Shown: in pieces, positions 44,707 through 55,335 of the stretch
How the letters are laid out: every line of letters starts with the position of its first letter
Numbering within the stretch: position 1 is the first letter of the stretch
Made by a program: the position numbers and the translations under genes
NCBI GenBank assembly: GCA_963833985.1
Contig: CAWIAD010000001.1
Coordinates: 3,040,001-3,104,000 of the forward strand
Origin: an uncultured Planctomycetaceae bacterium
GTDB lineage: Bacteria > Planctomycetota > Planctomycetia > Isosphaerales > Isosphaeraceae
Reading direction: 5' to 3'
Length of the DNA: 64,000 nt
The notes under the pieces: model-generated
What the model was told of the DNA's origin: nothing
What the model saw: only the letters and a program-made list of their open reading frames with translations
The model's database searches: none

Positions 44707-46545
44707 GTGAGCGTACTGCACTTCCACTTACTCGATCAGGCTCGACCGCGGGCGCGCAGTCGTACTCTCATCACGATTACGGGGCTTGCCTGCTGCCTGG
44801 TCCTGAGTGCGTGGGCGCTTCAGGCCGTCGCACCAGCGGCCCCCAGTCAGCCGCCCGGAGATGAACCGGTCGGCGCCGTCGACAACGAAGATCTCTTGAA
44901 GGCCGGCACCAACAATGGCAACTGGCTGATGTACGGCCGCACCTACAACGGCCACCGTTACAGCTCATTGAAACAGATCAACACCACGAACGTCTCCCGG
45001 CTCGTTCCAGCCTGGACGTTCCAGACGGGAGTGCTCGACGGCTTCGAGTGCTCGCCGCTGGTCATCGATGGGATCATGTATCTCACGACTCCCTGGAATC
45101 ACGCTTACGCGGTGGATTGCAAGACTGGCTCCCAGATCTGGCACTACCAGAAATCGCTGCCCGAGAACCTCGCGCTGTGCTGCGACGCGGTGAACCGGGG
45201 ATTCGGGGCCTGGGGCGACCGCCTTTACATGGCAACGCTCGACGCTCACCTGGTTTGCCTTGACATGAGGACCGGCGAGGAGGTGTGGGACACGCCCATC
45301 ACCGTCCGCGGCGAGGACGGCAAGGAGACCGGCGACATCTACAAGATGGCCTACAGCGCGACTGTCGCCCCGCTGGTCGTCAAGGGCAACGTGATCATCG
45401 GCATCAGCGGCGCGGAGTACGGTATCCGGGGATTCATCGACGCCTACGACGCGAAGACGGGGAAGCGGATCTGGCGGTTCTTTACCGTTCCCGGCGCGGA
45501 AGACACATCCGAGCCGGCCCGCAAGGCCCTGGCGACGTGGGAGGGCAATTCCTGGCTGACCGGAGGCGGCTCGGCCTGGGTGACCGGCACCTATGACCCC
45601 GAACTCAACACCCTTTACTGGGGAATCGGCAACCCCTCGCCGGACTTCAACGGCGAGGTGCGAAAAGGGGATAACCTCTTCACATGTTCCATTCTGGCTC
45701 TGAACCCGGACGACGGACGATACAAGTGGCATTTCCAGAACAGTCCCCACGATGTCTGGGACTATGACGGTGTGAACGAACCGGTCCTGGTCGACATCAC
45801 CAGAGACGGCAAGGCGACGAAGGCGCTCATCCAGGCACATCGAAACGGCTACTTCTACTGCTTGAACCGCGAGAATGGCGAGTTCCTTTTCGCGAAGCCA
45901 TTCTGCGAGGTCACCTGGACCGACCGCAGCAAGGGCGTGGATGGTCTCGATCCCAGGACGGGCCGGCCGTTCGTGAACCCGGCGGCTCTCCCGACCAGGG
46001 AGGGTGTCCGCGTCTGCCCTGGGGCCTCGGGCGGCAAGGAATGGAACCCGATGGCGTTCGATCCCACGTCGAACACGGCTTTCGTACCCGTCATCAATAA
46101 CTGCGCAAAGTTCACCTCGGGGAAGGCCTTCTTCATCAAGGGGCAGCCCTACTGGGGCAGTTCCCTGACACTCATCGACAACCAGGCCTCGGGCGCCTTC
46201 AAGGCCATTGATGCGACGACCGGGAAGATCAAGTGGGAAGTGGCCACACGATCGCCCATGGTGGCCGGTGCGCTCGCAACCGGCGGCGGCCTGGTTTTCA
46301 CCGGTGATGCCGAAGGTTTCTTCACGGCGTACGATTCCCAGACAGGGAAAACGCTCTGGAGCTTTCAGTGCGGCTCGGGACACCATTCCGGCCCCATCAC
46401 CTACAGTCTCGACGGCCGGCAGTACATCGCGGTGTCGGTGGGCTGGGGCGGCTGGACGGCCGGGTTCGCGGGTGACGGCGCTCCATGGCTCAAGAATGCA
46501 CGCCGCGGGAATACGCTCTTCGTCTTCGCACTACCCGAGAGTTGA
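44707..46545 (+). CDS. PQQ-dependent alcohol dehydrogenase, methanol/ethanol family, lanthanide-type motif
   Basis: NWLMYGRTY, vicinal CC (LCCDAVNRG), SGAEYGIRG, YWGIGNPSP, WDYDGVNE (45757-45780), CPGASGGKEW. Confidence 0.93.
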   Translation: MSVLHFHLLDQARPRARSRTLITITGLACCLVLSAWALQAVAPAAPSQPPGDEPVGAVDNEDLLKAGTNNGNWLMYGRTYNGHRYSSLKQINTTNVSRLVPAWTFQTGVLDGFECSPLVIDGIMYLTTPWNHAYAVDCKTGSQIWHYQKSLPENLALCCDAVNRGFGAWGDRLYMATLDAHLVCLDMRTGEEVWDTPITVRGEDGKETGDIYKMAYSATVAPLVVKGNVIIGISGAEYGIRGFIDAYDAKTGKRIWRFFTVPGAEDTSEPARKALATWEGNSWLTGGGSAWVTGTYDPELNTLYWGIGNPSPDFNGEVRKGDNLFTCSILALNPDDGRYKWHFQNSPHDVWDYDGVNEPVLVDITRDGKATKALIQAHRNGYFYCLNRENGEFLFAKPFCEVTWTDRSKGVDGLDPRTGRPFVNPAALPTREGVRVCPGASGGKEWNPMAFDPTSNTAFVPVINNCAKFTSGKAFFIKGQPYWGSSLTLIDNQASGAFKAIDATTGKIKWEVATRSPMVAGALATGGGLVFTGDAEGFFTAYDSQTGKTLWSFQCGSGHHSGPITYSLDGRQYIAVSVGWGGWTAGFAGDGAPWLKNARRGNTLFVFALPES

Positions 46546-46547
46546 GG

Positions 46548-48931
46548 ATGATGCTCTCCCCCTGCCGAGCCGCCGTGTTGCTGATCGCCTCTGGTGCGTT
46601 GTGCTCCCATTGCATGGGGGACGACGACGGCCCGCGGGATGCTGCCGCCACCACGGGACAGCGGCCGCTGACGGTCTGTGCCTTGCCAGCCGCGATGCCT
46701 CGGACCGGCAAGGCGCCCGACGGCTCTCCGCGGGGGCTCGATGTCGGCGTTGCGCAGCGCCTGGCGCGCATCCTGGGACGAACCGTCGAGTTTCACTGGT
46801 GCGCCAGCGCGGAGTGCGGCTGGCATTGCCTGCCCGAGGGCCGGTGCGACATGGTCGTCGGCCAGCCGCAGGATTCCGGCCCCCGCGCGAGGTGGCCTGG
46901 AGCGTTCCCTATGCGGGTGCCCAGTTCGGGCTCCTGGTTCCGAACGGTACTCGGGACGTTCACTCCCTGACCGACCTCGGAGGCAAGCGCGTCGGCATCG
47001 TGGCCGGCACCGTGGCTCTCTCCGAGAAAGACCACTCAGTGGTTCGATTCAAGACACGTGAAGACTTGCTGAACAGCTTCGCAGGGGCGTCGCTGGACGC
47101 CGCGTTCGTTGACGCCGACTTCGCCGCCTGGTTCCTGCACGGGCACCCCCAGCTCGGGCTCCGGCTCGTGACCGAATACACTCCGCGCGAACGCTGGAAC
47201 ATGGCACTGGCCGTGCGCGCCCGAGATTCCCAGCTCATCGTGGAACTGAACCGGGCCCTGGCCCAGCTTGCGGAGTCGGGCGAGCTGCGGCGGGTTTACG
47301 CCGAGCACGGGGTGCCGTTCCGTCCACCGTTCACGGCTTCGGCCCAGCGGCCGGCAACCGCTGATGCCTGGCAGCAGATCAGCAAGCGCCGTCAGCTCGT
47401 GGTCAGTATGGACCCTGCCAACTTGCCCTACTCCAGCGCCAGGGTGGATCGGCCCGGGTTCGACGTCGAGCTGGCACACGCCCTGGCTGATCAGCTCCGG
47501 GTCGAGCTGCGCATCGACTGGCTGGATATCCACCACGAGACCGCGGTGGGGCGTCTCCTCAAGCGCGAGTGCGACCTGGTTTTCGGTGAGGCCGTGGCCC
47601 CCAATATCGTCGCCGATGAGGAGGAGCTGGCGGGCAAGGTCCTCTACTCACGGCCCTACTACGGGACGGGCTATGTCCTCGTCCGGCGCAAGGCCGGCCC
47701 CCACGTGCGGTCGCTGAGGGATTTTCAGGGAGCGAATTCGCAACGCCTCGGAGCCGAGGCTGGCTCGGTCGCCGACTACAACCTGCGTCAGAAAGGTTTC
47801 CTGCGCCGTCTCTACCGCAACCAGCTCGCCACGCTCAAGGCCCTGAGCGACGGAGACCTCGACGCGGCCTACCTCTGGGCCAACGTGGGCTGGACCCTGC
47901 ACACTTCCCCGGATTCTCCACTGGAAATCGTGCCGGATTACGTGCCGGAGGATCACTGGAACATCGCGGTGGCCATGAGCGCGGGGAACGGCGAGCTGAA
48001 GCGCCATGTCGACGAGGCCCTGGACCGTCTCATGTCGGACGGGACCGTCGCCCGCGCCCTGGACCGTTACCACGTGCCTCATCATGCCCCCTTCGAAGAG
48101 CGCCTCGGCGCTGCCCGGGGGAGCGCCGAGGCACCGATTCATCACGCAGTCGCCAACCGGGGTCCTGAACCCCGTATGCAGAAGATCACGACTTCGAGAC
48201 ACCCGTACTCCGCACTCTCCCGGGTCCATTCGGCCGGAGAATTGGTCGTGGGGCTCGACCCCAACAACCTCCCATTTTCGGCGGCCTATCCGCAGCCGGC
48301 CGGGCTCGATCACGAGATCGCGGGCCTGCTCGCCGCACAACTGGGCGTCCGCTTGCGCGTGTACTGGGCCTACTCCGCACATGATTCTTACCCGTCGAAG
48401 CTGGCGGCCAGGCAGCTTTGCGACGTGATCCTGGGCGTCATGCCCGACGATCGCTTCGGCCAGCGCGTCCTCTTTTCCCGACCCTACCACATCGCGAAGT
48501 ATTTACTCGTCGTGCGTCGTGGTGCAAGCCAACCTGCGGCCACGGAGCCCCTGGCCGTGGAGGAAGGCGTTGCGGTACGTGGCATGAAAGGCCACGAAGC
48601 GCGGTTCTACCCGAGTACCGAGGCCGTCCTCGAAGCCGTCGTGAAAGGACGCGCAAACAGCGGCTATGTGATCTCGACGCGCGGTCAGTGGCTGGCAGCC
48701 CAGCGCTGGCCGGGGTGCCTGACTTTTTGCCCCGCCTCTCCCTTCGAGGCCGCGGATTGCTTCCCCATTTGCGCAGCGGTTCGCAAGACGGACAGTGACC
48801 TGAAGGACGCCATCGACCAGGCCTGGGGTGAGCTCGAGCGCTCGGGCCGCCTGGCGCAGGTCTTCGCTCGCTGGCACCTCCCTTATGAGATCGTGGCCGT
48901 GTCTGACGAGTCGAAAGCGACGCACCCGTGA
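46548..48931 (+). CDS. Triple-domain MxaJ/XoxJ-like substrate-binding protein (apparent frameshift ~46885)
   Basis: Three SBP type 3 units starting LTVCALPAAMP, LVVSMDPANLPYS and LVVGLDPNNLPFS; begins 2 bp after the dehydrogenase stop. Confidence 0.82.
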
Positions 48932-49854
48932 AGCGCCGTATTCCTGACACACATCGCGGTGGTCGATGGGCCGTGCTGAGCGCCGGGCTGCTCATCTGTG
49001 GAGGCGTGGTGGCGGCCAGCACACCGGATCACGCACCACGAGCGGCCCTCGCCATGAATCCTCCTGCACTGCCTGAGACTGCCAGGTACATTTCCCTCGC
49101 AGTGCCAGCCGCCCAGGCCAAGGAGGTCGCCGCGGCCACGGCTCAGAACGCGGAGGAGCTCGAACAAGGCCAGTCTCTGTTCCGCGGTCTGTGCAGCGGT
49201 TGTCACGGAGGTGCGGGTCGCGGTGGTAAGGGACCCGACTTGACGGACGACCGCTGGATTCACGGCGGCACCGATGACGAGATCGCCCACGTCATCCAGA
49301 ATGGAGTGCCCAAGACAACCATGAAGAAGATGGGCGATTCCCTCAAGCCAGACCAGATTCGCAAGGTCATTGCCTACATCCGGAGCCTGGCACGCGCTCC
49401 TGGCGAGACGCAGTGGAAGCCATACATGAGCGGCGAGCCGGCGGCCGGGCGTAAGCTCTTCTTCGATCTCAAGAGCAAGGTCCAGTGCGCCAGGTGTCAT
49501 AACCTGGAAGGCGAGGGCGGCCGGATCGGCCCCAGCCTCGATCGCATCGCCAGCCGTCGCGCTCCGGAGTTCATCATGGAATCGATCCTCCAGCCCTCCA
49601 GGGAGATCGCCCCCGAGTACGAGGCGGTGATCGTTGCCACGAGAGAGGGCCGGATCATCACAGGTCTGCGCATCAACGAGACCAACTTCAGCATCCAGCT
49701 CACCGAGGAGAACGGCCGCTTCCACTCGTTCCTCAAGAAGGACCTGGAAGAATTCAAGGTCACGAAGAAATCGCTGATGCCCGACAACTTCGCGGAACTT
49801 CTCAGCGTCAAGGAGCTGCACGACCTTTTCGCGTTCTTGATGACGCTGGAATGA
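48928..49854 (+). CDS. Di-haem c-type cytochrome
   Basis: CSGCH..GPDLTD..W.HG and CARCH..IGPSL..ESILQPS..SLMP; GTGA overlap with the upstream gene. Confidence 0.9.
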   Translation: MKRRIPDTHRGGRWAVLSAGLLICGGVVAASTPDHAPRAALAMNPPALPETARYISLAVPAAQAKEVAAATAQNAEELEQGQSLFRGLCSGCHGGAGRGGKGPDLTDDRWIHGGTDDEIAHVIQNGVPKTTMKKMGDSLKPDQIRKVIAYIRSLARAPGETQWKPYMSGEPAAGRKLFFDLKSKVQCARCHNLEGEGGRIGPSLDRIASRRAPEFIMESILQPSREIAPEYEAVIVATREGRIITGLRINETNFSIQLTEENGRFHSFLKKDLEEFKVTKKSLMPDNFAELLSVKELHDLFAFLMTLE

Positions 49855-50340
49855 GAGCGGTCAAGCCCCTTCATGCTCTCGACCGAGGCCCGCGCCTCGC
49901 GTCCCTGGGGTCGTCGCGGTGCTCCCGGTTCTCGAACTGCGCAAATCACAACAAAGGCGCGCGAAGCATCGCGGGAGTGGCCAGCCGCCACTGCTCCGGT
50001 ACTCCATACATCAGATTTGTTGATTTATGAAATTTCTGAAAAAAAGATATACTTGCAGACACCTTGCTGAAGCGTACTCCGTATGTTTGAATTCCGTACA
50101 TAGGACCTCGATGATCTCGGTTCTGTGCCGCCCTTCCAAGGCACATCTGCTGAAGCGGAATCCAGCGCGGCCGGAGGCGGTCCGAGATAACGCAGACCAG
50201 GCCAGGCTGATAGGTGACAGCGATCACGACGAGACCACAACGATGCGTGGGTAGCATGGTTCCTGCCCGATGACAAGGATGGCCGCCATCACTGCTGCCT
50301 GAGACCACGCAGCGGAACGGAACCGATGCCGGGAGGTTCA

Positions 50341-52614
50341 TTGAAGGTGGATCAGCTCATCTCCCCGTTTCGGCCCTACGTGCAGCTGAACCCGGCCTCA
50401 TTGCCGTTTTTCCTAGCCGCGGTCCTGTCGTTCTGCCTGGTCGTGCTCGCCTGGGGGCGTCGCAAAGAACCCTCGGCGCCTCCCCTCATCTCGCTGCTCG
50501 CGTTCGAAGGGATCTGGTCGTTATGTGAAGCGATGAAAGCGGTCTTGATCGACCCATCCGCACAGGCGGTGATGTACCGCCTGAAGCTGTCGGCCGTGGC
50601 CCTCGTACCGCCTTCGCTCCTGTTCTTCGTCCTCGAGTACACGAGCCGGACGGGTGCCCCGTCCTCGCGATTCAGGGTGTTGATCCTCGTCGTGCCGGCG
50701 GTCACCATCAGCCTCATTGCAACCTCCGGGGAACACCATCTCTTCCTCACGGGTATGGAACAGGTCGACATCTGGGGCTATCGGCTGCTCTCTCCCAGCT
50801 ACGGCCCTGCATTCTGGATTCATACCAGCTACTGTTATGCCCTGTTGTGCCTGTCGGCATGGCTGCTCGCCCGCTCCGCCATGGCGCTGAGCGGGGTCTT
50901 GAGGATCCAGATGCTCTTCTTATCAGCGTGCCTGTTCATCCCCCTCATCACCAACGTGGGAGACCTGCTGAAGATCATCCCGGAGCCCTACCGCCAATAT
51001 GACCTTACGGCCGCGACCTTCCTGGTGACGGGCGTGTTCGGCCTGATGCTGCTGCGGCGGTTCCATCTCATCAACACGGCGCCGGTGAGCTATTCCCTGG
51101 TGCTGCACGAGATGCTCGACGCGATCATCGTGCTCGACGCCTGGGGACGGATCGCCGGCGTGAACCGGGCCGCCCTGCGCCTCATGGGACGCCTCGATCA
51201 GGACATCGCGGGCTTCCCCGGCACCGTGATCCCGGCATGGCTTCAGATTCCTGAACATCTCTCGAAGCTGGAAGGAGCCGCCGAGCTATCGTATCGCCTG
51301 GTCCTGGACTCGCGTGATCCCGGTGCCACCTATGATGTCCGGGTCTCGCGCTTCCCGCACGGCCACGAACCGGGATGGCTGGTGATCATCCGCGACATCT
51401 CCGCGCAATCGCGCGCGGAAGCGGAGCGGACGGCCCGGATCGCAGCCGAGGAGGCCAACGGGGCCAAGGACGCGTTCCTGGCCAAGCTGAGCCATGAGCT
51501 CCGGACCCCGCTCACGCCTGTGCTCGCGATCGTTTCCGCGGCCCTCGATCGCCGGTCGATCCCCTCGGAATGGCGATCGTCCCTGGAGATCGTCCAGAGA
51601 AATGTCCGTCTCGAGGCGCGTTTGATCGACGATCTGCTGGACCAGAGCCTGATCTCGCTGGGGAGATTACGCCTGCGGTCGGAACTTGTCGAAGCGCACC
51701 AGCTCTTGCGGCAAAGCGTGGAGAACTGCGCGGAGTTTCTGCGGGATGCCGGCCTGGTCACCCGCCTTGAGCTTGGCGCGACGAGCAGCCGGCTCGCTGC
51801 CGATCCGGGCCGGCTCCAGCAAGTCTTTTGGAACCTCATCATCAACGCAGCGAGGTATTCGCACCCCCACAGCGTGCTGACGATCCGCACGCGAAACATC
51901 GCCACGGATACCATCGCCATCGAATTTCAGGACGAGGGGCGCGGCCTGTTGGCGTCGCAACTGGAGGAGATCTTCGAGCCCTTCATCCAGGGTACAACCC
52001 ACGGCCGCGAACGAGGTCCGGGCCTGGGCCTGGGGCTGTCGATCGGCCGGTGGATCGTCGAGGCCCACGGGGGAACCCTTGTCGCGGAGAGTCCGGGGAC
52101 CGGGAAGGGCGCGACGTTCCGCGTCGTCCTGCGCACGGCGGACCCCGCCGAAATGGGGCCCCTTGATCGACCGAGTCTCAGGGACGAGACCATCGAGCAG
52201 CCCTCCGCCGTAGAGCCCGCTGAAGTCCGAGAATCGAGCAAGCACACGACGATCCTGCTGGTCGAGGACAACGTGGATTCCCTGAACGCTCTGGCGATGT
52301 CTTTGTCGCAACTCGGCTACGAGGTGCACCCCGCGAACAGCGTCCGCACCGCCCTGGCCGCCGCCGAAACGGGAGACTTTGATATCATTCTCAGCGACCT
52401 GGAACTGGGGGACGGTACCGGGTTGGATCTGTTGCGTTCCATGGGCCCCGGCCGTTCGGTCCCGGCGATCGCCTTCACCGGATACGGGTCCGAGCAGGAT
52501 CGGAAAATGTGCCTGGATGCCGGCTTCGAGATACACCTCATCAAGCCCGTCTTGACCAGGCAGCTCGACGAGGCGATCCGGAGCCTCATCGAGAAACCAT
52601 CACTCAAGGCATGA
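50341..52614 (+). CDS. Hybrid histidine kinase (7TM sensor-PAS-HisKA-HATPase-REC)
   Basis: 7 TM N-terminus; SHELRTPLTP, NLIINA, DEGRG, GLGLGL, REC LLVEDN..SD..KP. Confidence 0.93.
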   Translation: MKVDQLISPFRPYVQLNPASLPFFLAAVLSFCLVVLAWGRRKEPSAPPLISLLAFEGIWSLCEAMKAVLIDPSAQAVMYRLKLSAVALVPPSLLFFVLEYTSRTGAPSSRFRVLILVVPAVTISLIATSGEHHLFLTGMEQVDIWGYRLLSPSYGPAFWIHTSYCYALLCLSAWLLARSAMALSGVLRIQMLFLSACLFIPLITNVGDLLKIIPEPYRQYDLTAATFLVTGVFGLMLLRRFHLINTAPVSYSLVLHEMLDAIIVLDAWGRIAGVNRAALRLMGRLDQDIAGFPGTVIPAWLQIPEHLSKLEGAAELSYRLVLDSRDPGATYDVRVSRFPHGHEPGWLVIIRDISAQSRAEAERTARIAAEEANGAKDAFLAKLSHELRTPLTPVLAIVSAALDRRSIPSEWRSSLEIVQRNVRLEARLIDDLLDQSLISLGRLRLRSELVEAHQLLRQSVENCAEFLRDAGLVTRLELGATSSRLAADPGRLQQVFWNLIINAARYSHPHSVLTIRTRNIATDTIAIEFQDEGRGLLASQLEEIFEPFIQGTTHGRERGPGLGLGLSIGRWIVEAHGGTLVAESPGTGKGATFRVVLRTADPAEMGPLDRPSLRDETIEQPSAVEPAEVRESSKHTTILLVEDNVDSLNALAMSLSQLGYEVHPANSVRTALAAAETGDFDIILSDLELGDGTGLDLLRSMGPGRSVPAIAFTGYGSEQDRKMCLDAGFEIHLIKPVLTRQLDEAIRSLIEKPSLKA

Positions 52615-53081
52615 TGCGAAGACTCGTCGGGATCTCGAAGAGAACCAGGTCCAGCCGCTTGCCACCGGGAACCGATGGACCAGCCGCTGGAAACGAAGCC
52701 TCAGGAATGCGGGGCAGCCATTGAGAGTCTGTCCCACATGGGGAACAATCAGAGGCCGACGGCCCTGGCCAGGTATGCGGAACAAGGGGATGAGACCGGT
52801 GAAACGGGCCTGCCGCTGGCGAGCCTCACGGGTTGACCCTCAAGCCTCTCGCGTGGGACAAGATTCCATTCTTGTCTCTTCAAATCTTCTGATGATCCTC
52901 TCGTTTCGTGACAAGATGTAGAGTCGAGGTGTGGCGCGGTGGGCTCGAGTCGATGGCTCGGCTGGGCCTCGTTTCCACACCCCGCTCATCAAACTGGACG
53001 GGCGGTGTTCCCGCATCCAGCTTTCGGACAAGGCTTGTCTCATCGGTTGAGTTCACACGTTCGCTCACGAAACCATCGCGG

Positions 53082-53681
53082 CTAGGTTCGTTGCAGCTGG
53101 TAAAGATGCAACTCCTGGTGCAGGTATCTGTCAGGGTAGCGTCTGAGCCCCTGACCCGGCACCTTGAACTTCGCACACAACCACTGACGTACCCGGTAGC
53201 GGACGTGGTGGTTGACTTGGCGATAGGCTGGGCTCACCGTTCCGATGCGAAAATAGTTGGACCAACCGCGGAACTTGCGATTGATCCGACCAATCTGCAT
53301 CTCGACGTCCTGTCCAGTGGTCTGGCGCGTCGTCATCGCACTGATCTCGCTGCACAGCCGAATGATCTTCTTCCGCGATGGGCGTGACCCTATGTAGGAT
53401 CGGCCCGTTCGTCGGTCGTAGTTCCGGCCGAGGGTATAACCCAGAAAGTCGAACGTCTCCTCAGGCAGGTGGCACAGCCGCGTCTTGGTCTCGTTCACCG
53501 TTAACTTCAGCCTGGACATCATCTTCCGCATCACCGTCATGGCCTCTTCGGCCGTGCCGCGACAGCAGATGACGAAGTCGTCCGCATAGTTGACGATTCG
53601 CGCGACCAGACGCCGCTCGTGTCCACCAGTCTTCCATCCCTTCACAAATCGTCGCATGTAGATGTTGGACAACAATGGTGA
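53082..53681 (-). pseudogene. Group II intron RT/maturase, C-terminal part (interrupted)
   Basis: SPLLSNIY..YADDFVI..LKLTVNETKT..FDFLGY, then maturase X domain (RGWSNYF); no endonuclease domain. Confidence 0.92.
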
Positions 53682-55335
53682 GATCACGCCCCCAACAATG
53701 TTGCGAACTACGTTGTTGGGGGCCTTTCTCAAAAGGGGACGGACTGACCCGATACACGATGCGGACCTCCTGCTCGTCGATCTCGACCTTCTTCACCAAG
53801 GCCCGAACCACCTCCCGTCGCGTGGCCCAGTCCGGCTCTTGCAACCCTTGCGAGACGCGACGTGCGAACTCCTCCAACTGACCGATCACCAGTCGCAATT
53901 CCGCCTCTTGGGCGGCCTCGCCGATTCGTTGTCGATGCTCCTCCGCCAATCTCGAGAGGCGCGTCCTTGCCGCCGAGATCCGGGGCTCGAACTCCGATTT
54001 GTCGAGCAACCCGTCGCCGTAAGCATCGATTAATCGAGAAATCATCTTTTTCACATTATTTATCAATTTGCCGAGATGCTCCACCTCCTGATTCGGCCCG
54101 CCCTGGGCACCCTGCAGCCGCCGCTCGTACTCCTCCCGGACCCGCTCCGGCTCGGACAGGAGACCTCGTAAGTCCTCCCAGACGGCAGCGTCAAGGATAT
54201 CGGTGCGGATCTGCTTGTTCCAGCAGAGGCGCTGCCCGCCGAAACGATAGGCGTCAGAGCCCGTGCAACGGTAGTACGCGTAGCGGACCCTACCCTTGCC
54301 CTCGAACGCGGCTCGGCTCGTCGGCTTGCCGTAGCAGCCGTAGCCGCAGCGCTTGCAGACGACCAGGCCCTGGAGCAGATATCGGCCACCGCCGGGCCGG
54401 TCGCGACGGCGTTGCCGGTTCTCTTCAAGCTGGGCCTGGACAGCCAGGAAGAGGTCTTCGCTCACCAGCCCGGGGACTTCAATGAAGATTTGATCTTCCG
54501 AGGATGTATCAACCCGTGAGACCGGTCGCCGGGAGTGTTCGGGGCGGCCTCGCTGCGGGCGGAGGCGTTGAGGTTTGAACTCACCTGAGCGCGTCTTGCC
54601 GAAGGCCGCGGTCCCCTTGTAGGCAGGGTTCTTGAGGATCAACCAGACCGTCGCGCGATCCCAGGCCGATTTCCCGGTCCGCGTCGGGATACTGTCGCGC
54701 CGGAGGCGTCGGCACACCTCGCCGATCGAGCACCGTTCCTGACCCACCCATTCGAAGATCTTCCGCACGACCCGGGACTCTTCAGCGAGGACCTGATAAC
54801 GCGCCTCGCCACCTCCCTCGTGCTTGCCGATGTAACGGTAGCCGTACGGTGCGCCGCTGAGGACGTTGACCGAACCGCGGCGGGCGGCGTGTTGCTTGCC
54901 CCTGCGGCAACGCTCCATGATCTTGGCGCGCTCGTATTCCGCGATCATTCCCTGGACCTGAAGCAGCAGGTCGGCTTCCGGACTGCGGCCGACGGGGTTG
55001 CGCAAGAAGACGACCTCGACACCGCACCGGATAAGTTCCTCAAGGATCAAGACCTGATAGGCATACTTGCGTGAAAGTCGATCCGGATCGAGCATATAGA
55101 GGCGGTCGATGGCTCCAGCGGCGGCTTGGTCCCGAAGTCGCTCGAGTGCCGGTCGGGCCAGGATGTAACCGCTGACGCCGTCGTCCACGAAGTGCAGTTC
55201 GGGCTCGCATTCCAAGCCATCAGTGGCGATCCGCTGAGTGACCGCCTCGAGCTGGCTGGCGATCGTGTCCTCCTTCTCCTGCTGCTCCCCCGAAACCCGG
55301 GCGTAGAGCGCCACGCGGAGATTGTCCGTGATCAT
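53461..55335 (-). CDS. Large serine recombinase (resolvase + recombinase + Zn-ribbon + coiled coil)
   Basis: ALYARVS (catalytic Ser), DDGVSG..RPAL, DRLSR, AEYER, APYGY, LKNPAYKG, LLQGLVVCKRCG..YYRC. The last 73 aa are encoded outside the element. Confidence 0.95.
   Translation of the reverse strand: MITDNLRVALYARVSGEQQEKEDTIASQLEAVTQRIATDGLECEPELHFVDDGVSGYILARPALERLRDQAAAGAIDRLYMLDPDRLSRKYAYQVLILEELIRCGVEVVFLRNPVGRSPEADLLLQVQGMIAEYERAKIMERCRRGKQHAARRGSVNVLSGAPYGYRYIGKHEGGGEARYQVLAEESRVVRKIFEWVGQERCSIGEVCRRLRRDSIPTRTGKSAWDRATVWLILKNPAYKGTAAFGKTRSGEFKPQRLRPQRGRPEHSRRPVSRVDTSSEDQIFIEVPGLVSEDLFLAVQAQLEENRQRRRDRPGGGRYLLQGLVVCKRCGYGCYGKPTSRAAFEGKGRVRYAYYRCTGSDAYRFGGQRLCWNKQIRTDILDAAVWEDLRGLLSEPERVREEYERRLQGAQGGPNQEVEHLGKLINNVKKMISRLIDAYGDGLLDKSEFEPRISAARTRLSRLAEEHRQRIGEAAQEAELRLVIGQLEEFARRVSQGLQEPDWATRREVVRALVKKVEIDEQEVRIVYRVSPSPFEKGPQQRSSQHCWGRDLTIVVQHLHATICEGMEDWWTRAASGRANRQLCGRLRHLLSRHGRRGHDGDAEDDVQAEVNGERDQDAAVPPA

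Noticed and set aside
52724..52740. Additional REP arm (TGTCCCAC)
   Set aside because: Only an 8-bp match with no partner hairpin; too weak to call.
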